In this document: piece after piece, positions 34,904 to 47,004 of the stretch
Layout of the letters: each line of letters begins with the position of its first letter
Position numbering within the stretch: position 1 is the first letter of the stretch
Source of the DNA: Takakia lepidozioides
Taxonomy: Eukaryota; Plantae; Bryophyta
Direction of reading: 5' to 3'
Assembly (NCBI GenBank): GCA_030704615.1
Contig: CM060733.1
Coordinates: 63,860,001 to 63,924,000, forward strand
Length of the DNA: 64,000 nucleotides
Made by a program: the position numbers and the translations under genes
Notes under the pieces: model-generated
Databases searched by the model: none
The model's input: the letters and a program-made list of their open reading frames with translations, nothing else
Told to the model about the DNA's origin: nothing

Positions 34904-37097
34904 ATGGAGCCTCAAAGTGACATAGTAGAGTATGTTCAGAGAATGCTCAGAGATAGGGTCCCCTTAAAGAACATTGCTGAAGCATTGGGTATCCAAGATC
35001 CCAGACAATTGAAGAGATTCATGTCTAAAGCTTTGGGCCATCTCTTCAGGGTCTACCACCAATTCACTGTGGAAGAATTGTGCCAAAAGATAAGGGAGCT
35101 ACTTCCGATTGAAGAAAACGGGGTAAATTGGGGTATCAAACATGTCAAGGTGGCCTTATGTAGGCATAACATCAGGGCTTCTGGACGGAAAGTAGCTGCT
35201 GCCCTGACGATCATTTCAGGTTACCATTACGATCGCAGGCAATTGCAGAGGCTTCAGTACAACGTAACATTGCCAATGGCACTTTGGCATATCGATTGTG
35301 AGTAAATTCTTTGACAAAAATCAAAATCTAATAGTTTTCAAGAGTGTTTCCTATCTCTCATGCCCAGCATAGATATGAATATCTTTAGCCCGAAGGACTT
35401 GTCCCACTTCGAGTTGTTTCCTTTGGTTAGTCAATCCTTAGAGGTTGACAGTGCCCAGCCTCAAGCCAGCCCTTTGCATGTTGCCAGCCCCTTGTCGTCT
35501 AGGTAGCCTATGGTTGTAGAGAGACAGAGAGGGGGGAAGAGCATCGGAAGTTACAGGGGGGAGACCTGCATAGACCTGCATATAGACGGCGCATACACCT
35601 TTCTTGTCACTTCCCTTTCAGGATATGGAGAAGAAATAGCGCACCTGAAACTCAAATGTAGCTATAACTGCAGTGAGGCCTGGAAGTACCCCCCTTACAC
35701 ACTTCTCACCTGCTGCCAAAACTAATGTGGTGGGTCTCCTGTCCCATTATCAGTTTTTGGCAGGGTGGTGACATCATGCAATGGCAGGTTCCTCCCACCC
35801 TGCCCCACTGTCAGAACAATCCTCATTTGAAGGGCCTTGAGGAGTGCCGTGGGCACCCAAAATCTCTAGGAATGGTTGTGGAAACATATATTGTCGAGGA
35901 GATAGACGGATGATGTAGAGTATTGTACAAGTGTTTTCAGAAAATGCCAAGCACAAAATTTCACAATATATTTGACTTGTTCGTGTTTGTTGCAGCTTAT
36001 GATAAACTGGTGATGTATGGTCTTCGAGTTCATGCTGGGATCGATGGTGCATCCCACTTTGTGTTATGGGCAAAAGTTGCTCGAGATAAGAAAAAACAAA
36101 CAATCTTTGAACGATACAATGAAGCTGTCATGAAATTTGGACCTCCGTTAAGGATTCGATCTGATTTTGCAGCAGAGCATGTCCTCATCAAGCAACACAT
36201 TGAGTCTGCACGCCCTGACACGCCCAATGGTGCCTTTCTGACAGGGTCTTCCACCAAAAATCAAAGGATTGAGCATTGGTGGCGACACTTGTGGGAGAAG
36301 GTGATGTTCTTCTATAAGAACTGCTTTCAAGCTATGGAGGACAGAGGTTTGTTGGACAGAGACGATCCATTTCAACTGGAATCTTTTATCGCAATCTATC
36401 TTCCCATTGTCCAAGCAGCCGTGGAGGAGTATGTGGGCATTTGGAATGCCCACCTTGTTCGTAGGATCAACGAAAATGGGCGTTTTCGTCTAATGCATGT
36501 TCCAGCACGGTATTTCAAGGAGTATGAGCGTCTCCAAGGGTATAACCATTATCTCATTTGCTTTTTAACTTGTGTTTTGGTTGGTCTGGTTCCTCTTCAC
36601 CACATATACTATCTTCGTTCAGAGATGGGTTGAGCTTTCAACTTCCAGTTTGTAATTTTTGCACCAGCCAGCGAATTTTCAAAAGAGAGAGGGAGAGAGC
36701 TGAGAGGTAGGTTACTTTATTTTACATGTGTGATGATTGAATTGTGTGCAGGTGGACCAGCCACATTGAGGATTTACATCATTTGGAGATAGCTGATCGC
36801 ATAGGTTCACAAGACTTGGGGCCTCGTGGGATGCAACAGTGGAGGCCGAGGATCACGCGAAATCGAGTTACACCTCCAAAAGTTCCCGAGCTTCCTCCAA
36901 ATCTTATTATATTAAGGGATGCAGCATATAAGATTGGAAAGGTCGGAAAAGACTCAGTGCAGTGCTTTCAGCTTCATTACTACTTATCAGGTTGTCATAT
37001 TGCGACTCAAGCACAGATATATCTGGACAAAATTGATGTCACAGAGGTATGTGCAGCAAGCCAGGAGGCTCACCAGTTGCTGATTGCTCATAGGTAG
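34904..37097 (+). CDS. IS3/integrase-like DDE transposase; 3 exons (34904-35297, 35996-36539, 36752-37097), about 427 aa, apparently intact
   Basis: HTH-like N-terminus; spliced LWHIDSYDKL...VHAGIDGASH, FGPPLRIRSDFAAE and GSSTKNQRIEHWWR give a D-D-E triad; GT-AG introns with compatible phases (1 and 2). Confidence 0.85.
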
Positions 37098-39512
37098 ATA
37101 CTAGCAAGAGTGGCAGCCTTGGAAAAGGCCAAAGAGGTTCATGGTGACTAATCAAAGCTGGAGCGATAGACCTCGGACCGAGTTTGGACGGAAGAGAGAG
37201 AGTTGACAGAGAACTGCAGGGCATCTCACCTTGAAATGAAATCACCATCGCTATATCAGATACTGAAAGTACGACAGTTGCCCGAATTCTCTCTTTCAAG
37301 GACAAAGAGAGATGTGTGGTTTGGTTTTTCTTGGGCGCATGCAGCTGGAGAGATGGGGAAGAGTGGGTGGCTACAATAGCAGAAGGGGGTTCGGCAGGAG
37401 ACTGGCTGAGCAACTCAGTCTACAGTGCAGGACAACAGGCCAATAACCTTGTACAGCTCCAACTCACTGGCGCCCTCACTTCCGCCATGTTACTTTGTGT
37501 CCTGTGTTCAGTAGCCAGGGCAGTTCCATGTGAACACATTAAGCTGTGCTTGATTGGGAGCCTGGAGTGGGTGGTAGCTAGAACAGTGAAAGGAGCTTCA
37601 GAGAGCTTAGTTGTGAATTTGTCTATTGCAACTTCCATTGAGCTTTGAGGGGCACACTCTGATGCATTTTGGGTTTGTTGTCATTGATTTAGACTTGGCC
37701 AGTTTTTGGCTCCTCCATCCCATGCATGCAACTATCCCAAAGCTCTATAATTTGCTGAACAAGTCTGGCTTTGGGTGAAGGGTGATTTGAATTCACTACT
37801 CTCCTTTACCTTCAACCTATGGCTTGCTGCAGCAATGGTGGGAGGGGGGAAGCTCACTACCTATAGTGAACTGCCATAGCTTATGAACTCTGGTTAGGTA
37901 TGGACATTGTCTGGGTGGTTCTTTTGCCATTATTTCTATAATGCAATTGAGAGACGGGTTAACTATCAGTGGCGAGGGTGTGACAGTGTGGTCATAATTC
38001 TGGGAATGCTATTGTTTAGTTTCTGAATACCACAGACATTCTTGCTTGTTTCAACATAATGCAGCGATGTGAATGGAACTGCCCTTCCCTACATGCTTTT
38101 CAATGAAGACAAGGTATTGAATTACAGATCCTTCGAAAACTGTTTACTCCGCACACCCCAAAGAGAAGAGAAACATGACCTCTTGTCACATCTCCTTTGA
38201 TGGCGCAGAACAACGTTGTGCTGGAGTGAAATGTTGAATTGAGAAGCTATCCTGGATGACACATTATTATAAGAGTATTTAATTAACTGCCAATTGCAGT
38301 TTCAATCTAACCCTGCCTGTGGGTCCTACCCAAATCCATAATTTTAACATTATTATGTAATCTAAAATCCAGTCTTACCAGCAGCTTTGTTAAGCTGCAC
38401 CTGGTAAGCAGGTTAAGTACAAGTGCCCTTGATGGTGAGAGATCACCACTAGACCTGCACTCTAAAAGTGAAGGTGTCTTGTCCAACTGAGCTTTCAGGG
38501 GAAGGCACAATTCAAGTGAGCTTGATGCCTGGGAAAACGGGCCTTCAGGGTGCCTTCTGACATCTTTTCTATTCAATCCATACATGCTACAGTGTTGTCC
38601 TTCTGCACACTTAACTCTTGTTCAGTTAGGACCTACAAAAGTTCCACCCTTCAGCATATACAACGCTCCAGACAGATAAGAGGCACTATCTAACTGTCAA
38701 CTGCAGTTGAACCATTGACACTTGTACACAACAATTGGGTGGTGGAAGCAGACAAAAGTACTATCAATCTTCATCCAAAATTTCTTAACCTCTTTTGCAA
38801 GACTACTAATAATAATTATCTTTCATCTCAAAACTCATTTATCAGTTTCAGCTTTGAATATTCCATTCATCCATACCAATTTTAGATGTAAAAGATTCAA
38901 GAAAGTTCATTGTTCATCTATCAATTTCAACGTATGTAGCTTTGAATATTAAATTGATCCATACCAATTTGAATGTAAAAGATTCAAGAAAGCCTTCTTC
39001 CTCTTGCATACTGGTTGTGTGGCCCTTCAGGAGCAGCAAGTCCATCAGCACATTTGTCAGCAGTGGATAGTAGGTCTGTAAGATACTAAGATGACAACAG
39101 AAGACATTGATGGCTGCAATCAAGAGGCGTCTACTCCACCTTTGCGGGTAGCTGTCTTTCCCAGGGAAATTCAGGCTAGAGGGCAGCAATTTGCCTTCCC
39201 CCCACGTTTTGGATCACCTACAACACCTTCTACTTCTAGGCCACGTACTCCCCGCCCTAAACAAATTGGCAGGAGGATTTACTTTTGGCCCAGGTCTGCC
39301 CAATGGACTCAAATCAAAGGCATACTGGTACCTCTTTTTGGTTGAATGGCCAAAGGACCTCCCCTCAGTGCTAGTATCTCTTCCTGCATCAACTATTTGG
39401 GGAGGGTTCACTTACCCAGAGCCATTTTCAGTGGACAGTGTATTGTTCCAGGTTGCAAAGTCGTTTTCAACTCCTCCAACTGCCTCGGGCCTTTTTTTCA
39501 AGAGGTCAAAGA

Positions 39513-40182
39513 TTGTACTCATAAGACGTTGTTTGCCGTAGCCTTGTGGCCATCGACCCCGCGCCCAGTTTGAGCGGGAACAAAAGGGACAGAACCTACC
39601 TCTGTCAGGGGCTGACGTTGGTAGTAAGACTTACCTCCATATAAAGAATTAATCCGGGTTTTCCAGATATCCTCTAGAAATCCCTTCACACAAGCATCAA
39701 TCTGCTGTGTGTGATTTGCCCAAAAACTAGGCCTCAGGAGGGCCTGGGCTTTTGGCTCAGCCTCGAGACTCTCAAAGTTGGTAAACAGGGGTACAGGCAC
39801 AATTCCCTTAATAGATTTGAAGAGAGCGTCTCTTTGGTGAGAAAACCCCGGACAGTGTATCAGAAAATGAATACTGTCTTCAGATTGCCCACACAACGGG
39901 CAATTGCACTCTCCCTTTCCTCTCTGCTTCTGTTTGCTGTTCAAAGGTAGGCTTCCTGCCCTGAGTTTAAATTTCAGTCTAGTGCCGAGAGTGGGTAGAC
40001 CCTTGAGGTCATCCAAGATGTCCTCCCCCATGTCACAGACTGGAAACAAGTTCAGGGAAGTTTTCTGCCTAACTTCATTTTCATCAGACAATCTCATGGC
40101 AACAGACATGGCTGAGGACACTACAGCCTCTAAGTCAGATTTATCCAGCAGGGTCAAGACTTGCGGATCCAGGTCCAGGTCC
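39513..40182 (-). mobile_element. 5'-truncated LINE 3' end with a 17-bp TSD
   Basis: TTTCAAGAGGTCAAAGA at 39496-39512 and 40183-40199; C-terminal CCHC motif CPLCGQSEDSIHFLIHCP. Confidence 0.88.
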
Positions 40183-41569
40183 TTTCAAGAGGTCAAAGAG
40201 ACCACAAGGATCAGCCCCTCATAGGGGTTTGATGTTGACACAATCCTCCAAGATCCTGCCTTCACTAAGTTCACAAAGAGCCAACTAGGTCTTATGTGTA
40301 AGCCAACCACAGAAAACAGGAGGGAGGAGGAATCTTCTTTACTTGATGCCCGAGAGAAGGTAGATGACGCGTTGCTGGCATATCAACGCTACTATCTTTC
40401 TCACACTGTTTTTGAAGGCTACAACCATATGCTCAGGACCTCTACACAGATTCAGGACACACATATCCAGGTACATGTGTACTACTATGTGGCATATGCC
40501 TACTATGCCACCACTCTGGTTTAAGCCAATCCTTGACTTCCTTGCTCAGACTAGTTCATTCATGATGATCAATGCCTACCGCTACTTTGCATATAGGGAT
40601 AACCAGAAGGTCATTCCCATTGATTCTGCAATCCTAATGAGCCTAGTTTAATGCCTGTTTTATGCTCTATACGTAGGTACACCAAGGGCGGGAGTTTCTA
40701 ATATTTGCCACACACTGGGGGGATGGTTTGCGCACCAACAAACTCTGCTATAGACCAAAAATCAACTATGTTCACGGGAGTGGAATAGAAGAGATGGGGA
40801 CAATTGACGAGAATGGTTTGAGAGATAGTTGGTTGACGAACATTTGGGAACAGTTCTGGTCCCTCCCTTAGGTAAGAATACGCTCCCTGCCCACTAGGAA
40901 GCCTAGGAAGCCCCTTCTAGTTTGAAGTGCCCATTGTGCCACAACTAACAGAGGGAAACCCAAAGAGACAAGAAGACAACACAAAAAATAGATAGCGAGA
41001 GCAAGATACCTTTCATGAAGGAAAGAGATGAGCCAGCATTGGAGGTTGCAAAGGACAACAGTGAGGAGCCAGCCAGTAGGAGGCTGCCACCACTGCCACC
41101 ACTGCCCCCTGATGATGGTGGCGTGGTGTTGCCAGTGGCTGAGGTGCCCATACCCATAGCATCACCATGTGCATCTTCAGTTGTAGGCTTCAGACCAAAC
41201 ACGTGAACTGTGCCTTTGTCACTGGAGAGCCCCAGCCATTGAGCATTTGCTGAGAAAGCGATACTGTAAATGTTTTGGTCAGCTCCTCGCCGAAGCTGCT
41301 CACAAAACCACAGGGCTCTTTAGTATCTCTACAATAACATACTTCAATATCCCTTCTATGACTGTCAATCCATTGGCATCACAGCCAATCATGGTTGGTT
41401 TGCTGTCTTTCCTGAATGCAACATGGAAAGAAAGATTACAACAATTTTGGTTGGTTACAAGGAGTTCACTCATCTAAGGATCACTTTGTTTTGCTGGCGA
41501 TGTACTGTTTAAGTTCCCAATGTGCACTTCACTCTTAAAAGGAAGCGCTCATTTTTTTTTTTATATCAG

Positions 41570-42995
41570 AACCAGCAGTTGGGGTGAGACTGACAGATTT
41601 CGATATAGAGAATTGCATCTACAGAGTGAGAGAAAATGTGGCTGGTGAGGAGGGAGAGGCAAAAAGACAGACTTGTGGATTTCACTACATTTCTTTAATC
41701 TCCAAGGTGTGCATGTGGACAGTTGCTTGTGTGCATAAAAAATTCAACCTTACTGATATCTTTCATCAGGGACCTCTTTCATCTAGAGGTAGCTTCCATG
41801 AAGGCTAGGCTGGGGTGTGTTACTAAGTGTTTGGTGTGGGGGTCCCTTGCAGAATCATCAAGGGATATTTGATAACAGCCACGGAAAAATCTTGCATCCC
41901 AAGAGTGATGAAGATATCTTGAGGCCTGAGCAAGTAGACACGGTAAGTGCCATAATCAGCTACATCTTTAAGTTTTTCAAATCAGCCATGGTAAATTCAA
42001 CTTATTTACGTTAATTGTAACTGATGTGCACATTGTGTCATCCACAGGCACAGATGCTAGGACACCTCCTCTTCATGATTGCCTCATGTGGACTGGAGGT
42101 GTCTAGGAACTTTTCATTTGCAACACTGCTGATGATATGTGATCAAGTCCCTTCTTCAATGGACTTGTCAAAGGGGGGGTGTCCCAAGCTCCGCGGAGAC
42201 TTGGAGCGGGATTTCAGATTGGGATGGACTTCAAAATGGTCATTTCTTCAGCAGCTGCGCAAATCTAAGAACTATGAAGCTGCGCAAGAGATTGTCCACC
42301 AACTGGCTGCAAATGAATTGAACGAGGACCTTGGGTGGAGTTTTGAAAGTTTCAAACTGGATGAAGAAACTTGGCCTTCACAGGTATTGTCTTATATGCA
42401 ATGAAAACAAATGCATAAAAACAATATTTGTGCTTCAATTGCTTTTGATTGATATTTTTTGTCTTGATTGGTGGGTTCCAACAGGTGGAGGATAAGCTAG
42501 GAGCGATTGTGTACAGTCACCTTTTCAGTGGAAGGGAGACGGTAGGGAAAGCCCTACGCGAGGGCTTTTACGTGTCAGTTGCAACAGCTCCAACGTCCCA
42601 AGCAGTAAAGGAGAAATTGAAGGATTCTCTTCGAGACCGTCTGAGCCCCGAGAACCTCAGGGTGGTCTTCAATGGCGCTTGTGCCACTGAGGCACAAGAC
42701 TTCCTAAGGAAATGCAACTTTTGCTCGTCTGTGGATAAAACACAGCAAGACTTTTTCAAAAGTTGCATTGAGAAGATGACCTACACCGAGCGATCGCGCC
42801 TCTGTCTTCATCACGGGCCTCGAGTACTTTGGAGGCAAGGAGATTACCATCGACCTGTTAAACAGGATGGACGAGCCATGTGTTCAGGCGTCCACTTGTT
42901 TTTCACAGCTGTATCTCCCTCCTTACTAGGATGCGGACACAATGCTGAGAAAGATAAACTACTCAACTATGGACACTAGCTATGGGAGACCTTAG
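41570..42995 (+). pseudogene. HECT-domain E3 ubiquitin ligase (multi-exon, frameshifted); upstream exons may start at about 39050
   Basis: AGEEG; QMLGHLLFMIASCGLEVSRNFS; KALREGFY...LSPENLRVVFNG; FFKSCIEKMTYTERSRL-FITG...QASTCFSQLYLPPY*...MLRKI. Putative catalytic Cys codon at 42897-42899. Confidence 0.82.
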
Positions 42996-43369
42996 ATTTG
43001 CGTGCTGCCAGCACAAAATGGGGAAGGGCTTACCATAGCCAGCTTGTGAGTCGTGTGACTGGCCTTGGCCTCCTTTGACTGCGCATAGAAGGCTGTATAC
43101 ACTGCCGTAGCCTAGGTTGATTCCCCCACTGTCACCTGTAGCCCTCTACCTTGCAGCACATTGAGAAAACAATTGCTCACCTGTAAGCGCTGTTGTGTGT
43201 TTCCATCCACATAAAACCTGCCACCCCAAATCAAGGGCGTACATAGCATAAGATCATTTGGTAAGCATGGTGGTGTCTGAATCATTGTTTGGGTTACTTG
43301 CTTTCCCCACTGCCAGAAGTCTTTCAGGTGAAGCAGCCATTTGTTAAGGGTCAGGGAGGCCTCATGACA

Positions 43370-43660
43370 TGGATGGAGCTGTCAGAGGCCGTATTCATTG
43401 GAGCCCCACGTGTACAGCTCGCCACGCCCTTAGATCACCACACAGAAGAGCAAACTGATCCATAGTAAAAGATATCATAAATAGGAAAGAGAAGAAAAAA
43501 ACCTATAGTACATTCCAATGCATGTGCAAAACTTCCCAGGCCTTTCTCAGCACTAGCCCCATGATGAGGACACCAAGAATGTGACTTACAGGTGATAGCG
43601 CCCGTGTGGTAGCCACTGCAAGAAACCTCCACAACAGCAGGAAGGGCAGGCACTTGAACT
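43370..43660 (-). pseudogene. RCC1-repeat gene fragment (2 exons) inside the transposon
   Basis: VPALPAVVEVSCSGYHTGAIT, an intron, then GELYTWGSNEYG. Confidence 0.75.
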
Positions 43661-43854
43661 GCCTCCCTTTCTCTGTGTCTGAGACAAAGTTCAAACGTCT
43701 CTCTTCCCCTCAACCCTAGGATGTAGGTTCCAAGGATCATCTTATGACAGCCCTACAGATAGGTCTAAACAGATAAAACTTCAGCAAACGAAAGGAAGCC
43801 ATATCCATAAGACCGAGAACAAACATCCAATTGACATGGTCAGAAACCAGTGAC

Positions 43855-46800
43855 CTGCCTCATTGCACATTTCACTGGATTTTATGTACTCCCCAAGCTT
43901 CTGCTAACACGCAGCCACATTGAGAAGCAATGAACTCTGCCAAAAATTACTGCCTTGTTAGCGCCAGACAATCCACACTTGCATAATGGTGATCTCTTGC
44001 ATGAATTGCTAAATGCAACTGGCCAAAGATCTCCCACTTTTCTTGAACACACATGCATTACCAAGGGACATACATCTTTATTAGTTCAACCAAATAACAA
44101 GGGAACAACAATCCTAGAAACCAGCAACAATCACCTGGCTCTTTACAAGCTCCTCACCTTCCTCATCATTTTGTGGATTTACATGCTTGAAATCCCTAAG
44201 CCCCGGTCACGGCCATTAGAAGGTGTCCACCTTCAGACTACACTTGAAAGACCAGGTGTGGAAAATTGTTGTGTAGAAGTTTTACACACGTAAAGCAGGT
44301 CACTAAACTGGTCACTGATTACCTTATCATATTTGGCCTTGGCTACCTCAAACTTGGCTTCCTTGAATAGCCAGTTTCCCTGCACACACATTTGCAGAGC
44401 ATCACATACAGCATAAAGTCGATCTCATTCAGGCACAGAACATCTCCAGCAATTAGTATGTTGGTTTCCTTGCACCATCACTGAAGACAGCCTAAATCAG
44501 ATCTATACGCTCCTACTTCATACAAGAAAGTAGTAAAGTGAGTATAAAGGCATACCGTGGATTTGATTGTATCCACTTCAGCCATTATTTCTTTGAAATT
44601 GAGGCCTGTCCAATCCTGCCACCACAAAGAGTTAGCTTAAAATTCCGCTCATTGATGTTTATCATTGATAACATGAAGCAATCTTTCTATCTTTCTAAGG
44701 GACCAGAAACTACCTTTGTAAGGGGCTCACTCCGGTAGTATGACTTACCTTGATACAAACAATTAGTTCGGGTTTTCCAGATATCGTCTAGGAAGCCCTT
44801 CAAACAAGCATCAATCTGCTGTGTGTGAGCAGCCCAAGAGTTAGACTCCGACAGGGCCAGGGCTTTAGGCTCAACCTCAAGATTTTGGAAGTTGGCGAAC
44901 AGAGGTGCCAAGACATTGTCCTGAAGAGGGTCACTCTCTGGTGAGAATATCCCGGACACTATCAGAAAATGGATATTGTCTTCAGGTTGCCCACACATTA
45001 GGTGATTACAATCTCCTCTTCCTCTCTGCATCTGTTTATTGTTCAAGGGTAGGGTCCTGCCCTCAGTTAAAATTTCAGTCCAGTGCCAAGGGTAGGTATG
45101 CCCTTGAGATCATCCTTAAGGTCTGCCCATGTCACAGACTGGAAACAAGTTCAGGGAAGTTTTATGCCTAACTTCAATTTCATCGGACAGTCTTTGGGCA
45201 TCAGACATGGCTTTGGACACACCCCCCTCCAGGTCAGCTTCATCCAGTAGGGTCAATTCATCAGGACTGATATTCAGATACTTGAAAATCTCATCCACCT
45301 TTTCCCGCCAAGACTTGGCCTGTTTAACAGGACTGTCTTGCTTCCAATAAATAGATTTGATTACCTTAGGGTATCTGGTATTAGGGATGCGATTCAACCG
45401 ACCACACCATCTGACCTTGAATTTATCACGTCGAGAGCTTAAGAGAGGTACGCCAGATGCACCCCGAATAGCCACATTAGCTGTTCTAGAACAAGCTGAC
45501 ATGCTTTCTTTGAGCACTGCGGCCTGAATGGATTCTAGGGATTTAGCATAGTTGGAGTTGTCAACCCACACAGCAGATGCATGCTCCAAGGCCGGCCTTA
45601 TAACATTACAAGGATCAGCACAGGGTGAGTGTTGAGAGGCCCAGTCTCAAGCCTGTCGAAGATTAGCGAATGTACTCATCAGACGTTGCTTGCCTACGCC
45701 TTGTGGCCATAGACTCCACGCCCAGTTTGCGCGAAACAAAAGGGAACAGGCACTACCTTTGTGAGGGGGTCACTAGAGAGAGAGAGGAAAAGAGGAGTGA
45801 AGAACTGCACCAATGGTGTACAATTTTCCTGGAAGTATAGCCCGGCTTGAAAACTATCCAGAGTTGGCTAAAAAAACCTATGAAAGTACCTTCAAAGAAA
45901 ATATTTCGCCTTCACGATCACAGTCCAGCCATAGCACCAAATAGTCGCATCCACGGGCTTCTTGTTGCAGATGCTTACACACATGGGCCTGCCTTCATGC
46001 CAGTGTTCCATATGTTAAGAGGAAGCAAGTGTTCACTCATTATTTCCCAAATATCATTTACATTAGGAAGCCAACTCTGCTACTGGCATCCAATTCATTA
46101 ACTCCATCTCATCTAGCCTTTCTTTAGTGATGATAGAACTGATGACACGTGGCTTGAAGCAAATGGTGTCCCCTGATTAATCACAGGATTGAATGGTTGT
46201 ATCTTTTCCAACCAACTACAAATATTATGTAAACAGCAGATTCAAACAATAAAGGGTAACTTTAGTGCAAAACTTATCTACCTATCTATCTGGAAATTCC
46301 TTATTTGACAAGTGACTTCATGGCCTGCAGTGACTCTTCTATTTTGAAACAAGAAAAGCTGATGGTACAATAAAAATGATACAAATCCAGTGGCAGGAAA
46401 CCAAATCTTTCTATCTTTCAGGAAGCAATTAACTGGATAAGGCCAACTGGCAGAAGAATTGAGTGTGGGAGAAAGGGTTGATAAGCCAAAAAACCACCAA
46501 AAATTGCATAGATTATTCAAGCATGGACAGACTGTGGTCTGAGCTGTGAAAGGAATCGCTGGCCCACAGACTCATGTAGATGAGTATAAACAGTAAATGC
46601 ACTAATGTAAATGGATGACCCCTTGCCTGTTTCAAATCCTAACAATTCCACCTCCCATTGCACTGAAGCCCCTTCTGGAACAGCTTCTGGCCTGCACCCA
46701 ATCAATTTGTTTCCAGTTGCAATCATGGAGCAAAAGATAGCATGAGAGATCCCACTCACTAAAGTTTTAAAAATTGACCTTCATCTTTGTAAAGGACGTC

Positions 46801-47004
46801 AACCGCAATTAGACATCACGAGCTGGATTGGACACCAGCGTTGAGTTGGGAATTTGTCTGCAATGATTTGAAAGTGAGCCACATAGAAGTCTTCCCAGAA
46901 GAATACCTGGGAAACTTTTCATAGGCGTACTTGGAGACACTGTTGATAAGAGCAAGCTCCCCTGGAAGCATCAGTCGGAGACTCGTTTCAAGTCCCTCAG
47001 GTAC
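43855..47004 (-). pseudogene. PAS1: Internal fragment of PASTICCINO1/FKBP72 (end of last FKBP domain and start of TPR), 6 exons with introns
   Basis: Exons VPEGLETSLRLMLPGELALI...KFPR (46907-47004), PEAVPEGASVQWEVELLGFE (about 46622-46691), DWTGLNFKEIMAEVDTIKST (about 44556-44615), GNWLFKEAKFEVAKAKYDK, LRDFKHVNPQNDEEG and SSLLLNVAAC*QKLGEY; one in-frame stop. Confidence 0.85.
44687..45780 (-). mobile_element. LINE fragments (same family as 39513-40182) in a PAS1 intron
   Basis: EHASAVW...LESIQ; shared HKTSLNLFPVCDMG and HTQQIDAC(L/V)KGFL with the other copy; a short 3'-end copy at about 45670-45770. Confidence 0.8.

Noticed and set aside
43855-47004. Functional PAS1 gene
   Set aside because: In-frame stop, a damaged splice donor, and missing N- and C-terminal exons.
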